NCBI GenBank assembly: GCA_022684035.1
Contig: JAJHSB010000062.1
Span: forward strand, 6,054-70,053
Direction of reading: 5' to 3'
Length of the DNA stretch: 64,000 nt
Source of the DNA: Candidatus Acetothermia bacterium
GTDB lineage: Bacteria; Bipolaricaulota; Bipolaricaulia; UBA7950
Shown here: piece after piece, positions 56,606 to 64,000 of the stretch
Layout: each line of letters opens with the position of its first letter
Numbering within the stretch: the first letter of the stretch is position 1
Made by a program: the position numbers and the translations under genes
Notes under the pieces: generated by a model
The model's input: only the letters and a program-made list of their open reading frames with translations
Database searches by the model: none
What the model was told of the DNA's origin: nothing

Positions 56606-57005
56606 TGCTAAAATCTGAAGTCTTGCGCAAAATGGAAAGGAATTGAAATCACAAATTCCAAGCACCAATAACTAACTACCAGAAAGAGTGACTCGTGACT
56701 CGTGACTGGTAACTGGAGGGGAAGATCCCACGAGCCACGAGTCACGAACCACGAGTCACGAACCACGAGCCACGAGCCGAAGGCAGGGATTGGTTATTGG
56801 GATTTGGTTATTGTTTGGAAATTGAGATTTGGTCATTGGGATTTCCGGCTTGTCCGGGTTAGGGGCAAAACAAACTCTGTAGGATTATAAGGAATGAGAT
56901 TGCTTCGCTGACTCGCAATGACAAAGGAAGGTAATTTGCAATGACCTGCGAAGAGACTCGCAATGACCTGTCTGCGTGCGGGAGACGTACAGGCAGGCGG
57001 AATAG
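56606..57005. repeat. family-1 MITE-like element with internal heptamer arrays plus 'gcaatgac' tail, 3' of the tRNA cluster
   Basis: The core contains gactcgtgactcgtgactggtaactgg and the inverse array cacgagccacgagtcacgaaccacgagtcacgaaccacgagccacgagcc. Arms as in the other family-1 copies. The tail gagattgcttcgctgactcgcaatgacaaaggaaggtaatttgcaatgacc is about 95% identical, as reverse complement, to 46541-46592. Confidence 0.85.
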
Positions 57006-57028
57006 AAGTTGCGGCGCGTCTTGTTATA

Positions 57029-57916
57029 TTAAAGCCACCACAATAGCAACCCCAATAGACTGGAAAAAAGGCTTATAGTAGCGAGAATAATTACCGCGCG
57101 AATCGGTCCGAATCGGCGGTAGAGACGATGGTGTATATGGTCTTGGTCTCGGCAAAATATTGAACGCTGTTGTCGCTTACGCCGCACAACTGCGAAGATC
57201 GTATCAGCAAGTGGTAGTCCGGCAATCAACAGCGCCGGCATGAGATGCCAGGATTCGTTTTTCCCTGCGCCAAATGCTGTTAAGGTAAGAATAGCCAGTA
57301 AATACCCGAGTAACTCACTGCCGCTGTCTCCTAATAGGAGCTTGGCCGGATAATGATTCCATCGATAAAAAGCGATGATTGCTCCCAGGCCGACGACTGA
57401 TAAAATAACTATTTCCTCATTCCTTCCTGCCAGCGCGGGGATGATCACTACTACCAAGGCGGGAATCAGAACCAAGGAGAGCAGTCCGTCAAGTCCATCG
57501 ATGAGATTGGCAGCATTGACCAGACCCACGATCCACAGCACCGCAAAGAGATAGCCACTGGGTCCCAGGGATATCTCCACTCCTACAGTCACTGTGTATA
57601 TAACGACGCCACCGGCAACCGGGGGAATAGCAGCCAAGAACTGACCGAATAGTTTTTGTCGTGGTGAGAGAGAGATAAGATCATCAACGAGTCCAACGAT
57701 GAAGATTAGTGATAGACCAATAATAATCAATACCAGTTGCGGGTCCACCATACCCAAAACGATTAACCCACTGATAATTCCGATGAAGACTGCTGGTCCA
57801 CCGATCTGTCGGCCATCGGCGCGGTCGACAAACTTAGCTTTCAAGTGTGCCAAAAGCCAGCTACTGATACTGCATATCAAAGCTGCTGTCAGAACGGGCA
57901 AGATTATAAATCGCAT
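57029..57916 (-). CDS. undecaprenyl-phosphate N-acetylhexosamine-1-phosphate transferase (WecA/TagO-like, MraY family)
   Basis: VGLVDDL...NAANLIDGLDGL motifs and about 10 TM segments; 295 aa. Confidence 0.8.
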   Translation of the reverse strand: MRFIILPVLTAALICSISSWLLAHLKAKFVDRADGRQIGGPAVFIGIISGLIVLGMVDPQLVLIIIGLSLIFIVGLVDDLISLSPRQKLFGQFLAAIPPVAGGVVIYTVTVGVEISLGPSGYLFAVLWIVGLVNAANLIDGLDGLLSLVLIPALVVVIIPALAGRNEEIVILSVVGLGAIIAFYRWNHYPAKLLLGDSGSELLGYLLAILTLTAFGAGKNESWHLMPALLIAGLPLADTIFAVVRRKRQQRSIFCRDQDHIHHRLYRRFGPIRAVIILATISLFSSLLGLLLWWL

Positions 57917-58132
57917 TATGCGTTGATTGTAATCTCCAACTGTTGATTAGGCGAATTATACCAGTTCTGTGTCCAGTTATCTATGAGATGCCCCCCAATT
58001 ACAATTGAGAGGAGCATGATTCCTACGGCACAATTAATGTCACTGATCCTATGGTTGAATCCGAGTCTTTCGTAAGATAGCTATTCATCCACTTCATACA
58101 ACCTTGGTTGCGTAGACTCCGACAAAGCACAG

Positions 58133-59026
58133 TCAGAGCAGAAGGGAGAGCAGGATGCCGATTGTGATCAAGCTTCCAACGGTGGTAAGGAGAACGATTG
58201 CCGCGACAAGGTCGGCACGGCGGTTGTAACGCAGAGTGAGAATTAATATGTTTACTGCAGTAGGGGTGCTCGCCTGGATGATCAGAACGGCGCGTAGCAG
58301 TCCTTCGATTCCGAGCGCGGCTGTCAATCCCCAAGCCAGCAACGGTGGGATTATTACCTTGGTCAATGCGATCGGCACGGCTAACCGGAAGAGGCTCCCA
58401 ATCTTGACCCAAGATAATTCAACTCCCAAAACAAGCAGCTGGATCGGGATTGCTGCCTGGGCAAGGAGTTCGATCGGGCGGATGAGCCACGCAGGGATAA
58501 TGACTGCTGTTGTACGTAAAAGTAAGGCGATTATAAATGCGTACACCCATGGAACTGACAGCAAGGCGGTGATAAAGGTGAGCAATGAGCGACCTTTTGA
58601 CCAAACTGCAAGTCCTACTCCTAGCGTTGCCTGTATCGTGATCTGAGAGACCATATAGATAATCCCGAGGACGAGCCCTGGTTCACCGAACGCAAAGAGA
58701 AGGAGCGGTAATCCATAATTTCCAACATTGTTGAACGACAACGATAGAGTTGTAGCGATGCGTAAATCTTCATCTAACCGCATAATTCGTGTCCCGATCA
58801 TCCCAAGGGTTATCAGAGTAAGGTGCAGAATAATGACGAAGAGAATCACTGTGCCGACCTCTCCGCCCACGAATCTACGTGCATAAATGGAGTGGAAGAT
58901 GAGCGCTGGGGTGAGGAGGTAGAAGACGATCTTGGTCAATGGTTGTGAATCAAGGCGTAACAGACGCCCAATCCCGTACCCACTCCCTGCTACCAGAAAG
59001 ACCGGTAGTAAAATATTAATCAACAC
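58133..59026 (-). CDS. AEC (auxin efflux carrier) family transporter
   Basis: MLINILLPVFLVAGSGYGIGR N-terminus and a polytopic pattern typical of AEC proteins. Confidence 0.85.
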   Translation of the reverse strand: MLINILLPVFLVAGSGYGIGRLLRLDSQPLTKIVFYLLTPALIFHSIYARRFVGGEVGTVILFVIILHLTLITLGMIGTRIMRLDEDLRIATTLSLSFNNVGNYGLPLLLFAFGEPGLVLGIIYMVSQITIQATLGVGLAVWSKGRSLLTFITALLSVPWVYAFIIALLLRTTAVIIPAWLIRPIELLAQAAIPIQLLVLGVELSWVKIGSLFRLAVPIALTKVIIPPLLAWGLTAALGIEGLLRAVLIIQASTPTAVNILILTLRYNRRADLVAAIVLLTTVGSLITIGILLSLLL

Positions 59027-59044
59027 AAGTAATTCCTCAGGAGT

Positions 59045-59192
59045 CAGAAGTCAGGAGCCAGAATCCAGAATAGAGGATAAAACGAATTGATGAGCCTTTT
59101 GCCAAACAATTAAGTCTTGAAAATGCTTGGCTGAGTTTCTCTTCATTCTGACTCCTGAATTCTGGCTCCTGGCTACTGAGTAGTTACGCGTA
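59045..59192. repeat. long inverted repeat (arms of about 37 bp with a 65-bp loop) between the PNP 3' end and the AEC start
   Basis: cctcaggagtcagaagtcaggagccagaatccagaat ... attctgactcctgaattctggctcctggctactgagtag. Confidence 0.8.
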
Positions 59193-59397
59193 ATCTATGT
59201 CGATGCTCAAATATAAATGGGACTATGCGGTATGGAAGGTGAAGCCAACATGACTTGAAATTCAAGCGGAATGCTTGGCCCTTGTTGCTTACTATCTTCA
59301 TACCTTAAAGTCGCAATCGTAAACTTTAATTGGGAAGAAAAATACCGGAAATTAAGGTCTTACTATGACCTCATTCCACTACTTGTGCCACTGATAT

Positions 59398-60240
59398 TCA
59401 GCTCGGTAATCTTTGCAGAATGCTTGTGATGAGTTTTCCCAATTCCTGCTCCTTTCTTTTTGTTACCTTGATCACTTCTTTATGCGACAGACGAGCTTGC
59501 GGATCGATCCCTGCTGCCATATTCGTTGCGCAAGAGATGCCTAATACTTCTATACCGGCATGAACCGCAGTGATCACCTCAGGGACGGTGGACATTCCAA
59601 CTAAATCAGCGCCGAGAGTGCGGAATGCTCTGATCTCCGCCGGAGTTTCATAGGATGGTCCAAGGACAGCTATATAGACTCCTTCTTTGAGAGTAATCTT
59701 TGTCGAAGAGGCTACTTCTTTAGCTAACGTACGTAAACGAGAACTGTATGCGTCGGACATATCAGGAAAACGTGGTCCTAAACGATCAAAGTTCTCTCCT
59801 CGCAGTGGATTATCGCCAAGAAAATTGATGTGGTCGGTGATTAATACCAATTCCCCCACCGCAAAGTCGGAGTTGATCGCGCCGGCAGCATTGGTGATGA
59901 TCAACGTCTTTATTCCGAGCAAGGCGAACATCCGTACCGAAAATGATACTTCATCAATTGTGAATCCTTCATAACAATGGACGCGACCACGTTGGAGTAG
60001 TATTTTGCGACCGTTGATCTCTCCTGCCCAGAAATCTCCTCGATGGCCGGCCACAGTGGAAAGGGGAAAGTGGGGAATTTCATTCCAGGTGATCGTCTCA
60101 CCATCTTCTGTCGGCAGAATTTGGGATAACCCACTGCCGCAGATGATTGCAACCTCAGGTTCGATACGGATTCGCCTTTGCACCATAGCAGTTGCTTCTT
60201 CTATCTTCTGTAGTAATTCTTCACGACAACTCGCATTCAT
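59398..60240 (-). CDS. purine nucleoside phosphorylase (PNP/MTAP family 2, PunA-like)
   Basis: ICGSGL...GHRGDF...QRGRVHCYEG...ITNAAG. Confidence 0.85.
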   Translation of the reverse strand: MNASCREELLQKIEEATAMVQRRIRIEPEVAIICGSGLSQILPTEDGETITWNEIPHFPLSTVAGHRGDFWAGEINGRKILLQRGRVHCYEGFTIDEVSFSVRMFALLGIKTLIITNAAGAINSDFAVGELVLITDHINFLGDNPLRGENFDRLGPRFPDMSDAYSSRLRTLAKEVASSTKITLKEGVYIAVLGPSYETPAEIRAFRTLGADLVGMSTVPEVITAVHAGIEVLGISCATNMAAGIDPQARLSHKEVIKVTKRKEQELGKLITSILQRLPS

Positions 60241-60350
60241 AATAATCTCCTCGTTAAGTTTATTGAGTTCATTGGATTCCTATTACAACATCAACTTTCG
60301 CATGAACGTTGCATTTGCAGCTCCTTACAACTCACTGGTGATCACTTCGT

Positions 60351-61340
60351 TTATTCTCGTTTCAGTGGCCTAGTCATCAATGCATCTACTATAGTGGCAG
60401 GATCACCTTTTTTATATAGTAAGTGATAAACCGCTTCGGTTATCGGCATTTCGAGTTCCTCTCTTATTGCCAAGCGATGGATAATCTCCGTGGCATACAC
60501 CCCTTCGGCGACCATCGTCATTTGCCGCAGGATGTCGGCAATCGGTTCACCTTGTCCGATTTGATATCCCACACGACGATTACGGCTATGGTTGCTTGTA
60601 CAGGTAGCAACGAGATCACCAAGACCAGAAAGGCCGAACAGAGTCTCTTCTCGTATATCAAAGACTCGGCCGAACAGGACCATCTCTGCCAAACCGCGGG
60701 TAACCACTGCCCCCCGACTATTATCGCCATAACCGAGGCCATCGGCAACTCCGGTGGCAATAGCGATAATATTCTTTATTGTGGAGCAATATTCCACTCC
60801 TTTGATATCGTCGGAGAGGTAGATACGGAATCTCGGCGTGGAGAGTGATCTTTGGAGCTCTTTTCCTAACGCAAGATCCTTCCCTGCAAGGACGACTGCT
60901 GTCGGCATATCCCTCCCCACCTCTTCGGCATGGCTCGGTCCTGCGAGGGTGAAGACGGCTTTTGGACCAGCGGTTTCTTCAATCACAGTCGAGAGTCTCT
61001 TGCCGGAAGTGCGATCAAGTCCTTTTGCTAAATTGATAAAGATCTTACGATCGCGTGATGCCGGCAGAGCAGAGATCTTCTCCACCATTTCTCGGACAGC
61101 AAAGGAAGGGACCGCAAGAACAAGGATTTCACTGCCAATGGCCTCCTTTAAAGAGGCGGTTATTCTCAGATTATCTGGGAGAATCACTCCTGGAAGATAC
61201 CGCCGATTTTCGCGTAATCGATCGATTGCCGATGCATTGACCGGATCGCGGACCCACAAAATCACATTGTGACCACTCTTAGCCGTTACACGGGCAAATG
61301 CGCTACCCCATCCCCCTGCTCCGATCACTGAGAGGTGCAT
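60351..61340 (-). CDS. gpsA: NAD(P)H-dependent glycerol-3-phosphate dehydrogenase
   Basis: VIGAGGWGSAFA Rossmann motif and a GpsA C-terminal domain. Confidence 0.92.
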   Translation of the reverse strand: MHLSVIGAGGWGSAFARVTAKSGHNVILWVRDPVNASAIDRLRENRRYLPGVILPDNLRITASLKEAIGSEILVLAVPSFAVREMVEKISALPASRDRKIFINLAKGLDRTSGKRLSTVIEETAGPKAVFTLAGPSHAEEVGRDMPTAVVLAGKDLALGKELQRSLSTPRFRIYLSDDIKGVEYCSTIKNIIAIATGVADGLGYGDNSRGAVVTRGLAEMVLFGRVFDIREETLFGLSGLGDLVATCTSNHSRNRRVGYQIGQGEPIADILRQMTMVAEGVYATEIIHRLAIREELEMPITEAVYHLLYKKGDPATIVDALMTRPLKRE

Positions 61341-61355
61341 TCTTCTATTTACCCT

Positions 61356-62498
61356 TTACCGCAACGGCATTAGGTGGCCAACGCGTGCTAAGAGCCATTC
61401 AATCGCCACTGCAAGTGGATCTTCATCCTCTGTCAGTTCAATATTCGGAGTCAATCCATACTTATTGACAGGATGGCCGAGCGGGGTGAAGTATTCACCT
61501 GTAGTAAGCCGTAATACCGATCCGTCAGCGAATTCGATCATCCGCTGGATGACTCCTTTGCCGAATGAACGTTCACCGATGAGCACTCCCATCCGGTGGT
61601 CTTGAATCGCGCCAGCAACGATCTCAGCTGCGCTGGCTGTTCCTCTGTTGATCAATACAACCAAAGGAAGATTAGGAATATTATTACCCGCTGAGCGGAA
61701 CGGTGGTCTCGGTACACCACGTTCGTTGATCGAAACGATCACTCCTGAATCGACAAACTGACTCGCTATTGAGACTGCCGCTGATAAAAATCCGCCCGGA
61801 CTGTTACGCAAATCAATAATCAACCCATCTAACTCCTCTGGATTAAGAGAAGCGAGCGCTGCATTAAGTGCAGTGACCGCCCCGAGGCTGAAACGCATAA
61901 TGCGGATGTATCCGATGCGCCCCTCGGCAAGGAGTTCATAGCGTACAGGCTCAATATGGATGATATCACGAATGATCGTGATATCTTTTTCCACTCCGTC
62001 TGCACGAAGAATGCGGAGAATCACCGGCGTCCCTACTTCACCGCGAATCCGCATTACTGCCCCTTTTAATGTGATCCCTTCCGTGGTTTCACCGTCGATA
62101 GCAATAATAAAATCACCTGCTCGTATACCAGCGTAATAGGCCGGTGTCCCTTCGATCGGCGCAACTACCATCAATCGCCCGTCTTGAAGCGTAATCTCAA
62201 TTCCTATTCCACTGAACCGTCCCTCGAGTCTCTCCTGCCATTGCCGGTTCTCTTCCGGCGTAAGAAATTCACTGTAAGGATCATTCAGTTCCTGTACCAT
62301 GCCTCGCAGCGCTCCGTGCAGTAATCTTTGCGAATCTATGCGATCAGACCAATGAAAGTGATTGCGGATCAGGCGGTATATCTCAATTACCGGTGTAAAT
62401 ATCTCTGATTCATTACGCTGTGCGCCACTGACCCCAATTACCAATATGGCCAAGATTATGACCATCAATAATGCTTTAGTGCCTTTTCTTATTATCAA
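61356..62498 (-). CDS. carboxy-terminal processing protease (S41A)
   Basis: PDZ domain plus an S41 catalytic region (LIIDLRNSPGG...). Confidence 0.9.
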   Translation of the reverse strand: MIIRKGTKALLMVIILAILVIGVSGAQRNESEIFTPVIEIYRLIRNHFHWSDRIDSQRLLHGALRGMVQELNDPYSEFLTPEENRQWQERLEGRFSGIGIEITLQDGRLMVVAPIEGTPAYYAGIRAGDFIIAIDGETTEGITLKGAVMRIRGEVGTPVILRILRADGVEKDITIIRDIIHIEPVRYELLAEGRIGYIRIMRFSLGAVTALNAALASLNPEELDGLIIDLRNSPGGFLSAAVSIASQFVDSGVIVSINERGVPRPPFRSAGNNIPNLPLVVLINRGTASAAEIVAGAIQDHRMGVLIGERSFGKGVIQRMIEFADGSVLRLTTGEYFTPLGHPVNKYGLTPNIELTEDEDPLAVAIEWLLARVGHLMPLR

Positions 62499-62712
62499 CT
62501 TCGATCACCCCGTTACTGATTTTCTCTATTATTCTATCTGATTACGCTGGAAAATGAAAGGGTGAGTTGTGAGTATCGTGTGTGCTTCTAAGGCCAAGCA
62601 ATAAAATTTAAGATTCTTCGCGGTGCTACTAAAAAAGCAACCCGCTTAAGAATCAGCGAGAAAAGGTTTAGAGTTTTGCGTATTAACGAAAAGATCTTCT
62701 CTGTATCTTCTC

Positions 62713-63804
62713 TTACTCCTCTTGTTGCGAGTTCTCTTCGTGCGGTTCAACGAACAACATTCGCCCTGCTTCAGTTTGCAAGGCACTCGTCACCGTTGTT
62801 TTTATCCTTTGCCCGATGAAGCGACGGCCGTTCTTCACTACAACCATTGTTCCATCATCGAGGTAACCGATTCCTTGGTCGATCCCTTCTCCGCGATCGA
62901 TGACATTTAATAGTAATTCTTCTCCCGGAATAAATCGTGGTTTCACTGCATTAGCCAATTCGTTGACATTAAGAACTTTGATGTTTTCTACGCTAGCAAC
63001 CCGATTTAAATTGTAATCGGTGGTGATGAGACTGCCCCCGATGTCTTTGACTAATTGAATCAATTTCCGATCAACTTCTTTGATCGCGGGATAGTCCTTC
63101 TCCAGCACCTGAGCTTGTGTATTCCGATTGGACATGAGTTCATTTAAAATTTCCAGGCCACGCCGCCCTTTACGCCGCCGCAAATTATTTGAGGAATCAG
63201 CTATTCCATGCAACTCCGTGAGGATAAAGCCGGGAATAATGATCGGGCCATCGATAAATCCGGTGTTAACCAAATCACCGATTCTTCCGTCGATGATCGA
63301 GCTGGTGTCGATAATCTTGTCTGTCTTACCTCCTACTTGCCGATTAATTTGAGCTGCAGTCGTCCGTTTGGAAGAGAATAATGATCCTTTATATCCATAT
63401 CCCAAGCGAAAACCGAACAACGTGCCACTGAGCAATATGACTCCTTGAACGATTTTCAGCCAATGCCCGGTGAAAAAGATAAAATCCAAGCCCACACAGA
63501 CGATAATTCCAAGCACTGCGCCGCCAATTGCCGCTGCTCCTCCGTTTATAATCTTTAGCGATTCGCCTTCTTTGGCTGCTATTTGCCCCATGAACCGCCA
63601 CCCAATAAGAAGAACCCCACCGATCAAAAGACCACTTCCACCTCCGATAAAGACGTTTACCGCCCATACTGGCAATCCAAATATTGAAGAAAGAAGCTGC
63701 CCTTGATATGAGAATACAACAACTATGCCAATACCCATCACGGCCAGGAAAAATAAATAAATTTGCACACTACTCACCTCTAATATAAGTTGAAAAACTA
63801 ACAC
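62713..63804 (-). CDS. PIN/TRAM domain membrane protein (YacL-like)
   Basis: N-terminal TM helices, a PIN domain (IIDTSSIIDGRI...) and a C-terminal TRAM domain. Confidence 0.8.
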   Translation of the reverse strand: MLVFQLILEVSSVQIYLFFLAVMGIGIVVVFSYQGQLLSSIFGLPVWAVNVFIGGGSGLLIGGVLLIGWRFMGQIAAKEGESLKIINGGAAAIGGAVLGIIVCVGLDFIFFTGHWLKIVQGVILLSGTLFGFRLGYGYKGSLFSSKRTTAAQINRQVGGKTDKIIDTSSIIDGRIGDLVNTGFIDGPIIIPGFILTELHGIADSSNNLRRRKGRRGLEILNELMSNRNTQAQVLEKDYPAIKEVDRKLIQLVKDIGGSLITTDYNLNRVASVENIKVLNVNELANAVKPRFIPGEELLLNVIDRGEGIDQGIGYLDDGTMVVVKNGRRFIGQRIKTTVTSALQTEAGRMLFVEPHEENSQQEE

Positions 63805-64000
63805 TTAAGTTCTGTAGTACGTCAATCACTCATTGAGTCACCGCCCATGAGAAGGGGGATTCTCTCCTCTTACCGGCTATTTTCTTATTTAATTGTATAC
63901 AACACTTGACTCTCGTACAATATTCTGCTATCCTCTACATCGGTTGTGATAGCGCGAGGGGGGTGATAGCACTGGGAGATAATTGGACGGTTAGGAAAGT

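Overview
The window is about 64 kb of bacterial chromosome at roughly 50% GC, with most genes on the minus strand.

- **Housekeeping core.** A moxR/DUF58 pair; the hrcA-grpE-dnaK-dnaJ operon with a CIRCE-like operator; tyrS and gyrA; rplU, a Prp-like gene, rpmA, obg and nadD; infC-rpmI-rplT-glyQ-glyS; folB-folK; RNase G; dinB; metG; gpsA; a six-tRNA cluster with duplicated initiator tRNA.
- **Anaerobic energy metabolism.** A Thermotoga-type trimeric [FeFe]-hydrogenase operon (hydC, a thioredoxin-like ferredoxin, hydB, hydA) is interrupted three times: by a DUF4258 toxin with a nonsense-mutated YgiT zinc-finger antitoxin, by a MITE-like element, and by a GxxExxY gene flanked by duplicated intergenic sequence.
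- **Displaced regulators.** About 13 kb from the hydrogenase operon sits a cluster of regulators of the kind usually found next to hydrogenases: two GHKL ATPases (one fused to CBS domains), a PHP protein and two DRTGG proteins.
- **Cell surface.** A 1241-aa adhesin with about 95-aa cadherin/VCBS-like repeats and a T9SS-type C-terminal sorting domain lies next to a FadL/PorV-like barrel. There is also a 1001-aa secreted protein ending in a PKD domain, and a peptide ABC transporter.
- **Tandem repeat at a gene start.** A membrane-anchored beta-carbonic anhydrase is preceded by tandem copies of its own RBS, start codon and N-terminal coding sequence.
- **Repeat-rich intergenic space.** At least two MITE-like families, a hairpin family at gene 3' ends, a 'gcaatgac' family, and many NNNTCGT heptamer tandem arrays.

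By inference only, the organism is probably an anaerobe from an FCB-superphylum-like lineage. Coordinates I derived myself (everything not taken from the ORF track) may be off by 1-2 nt.
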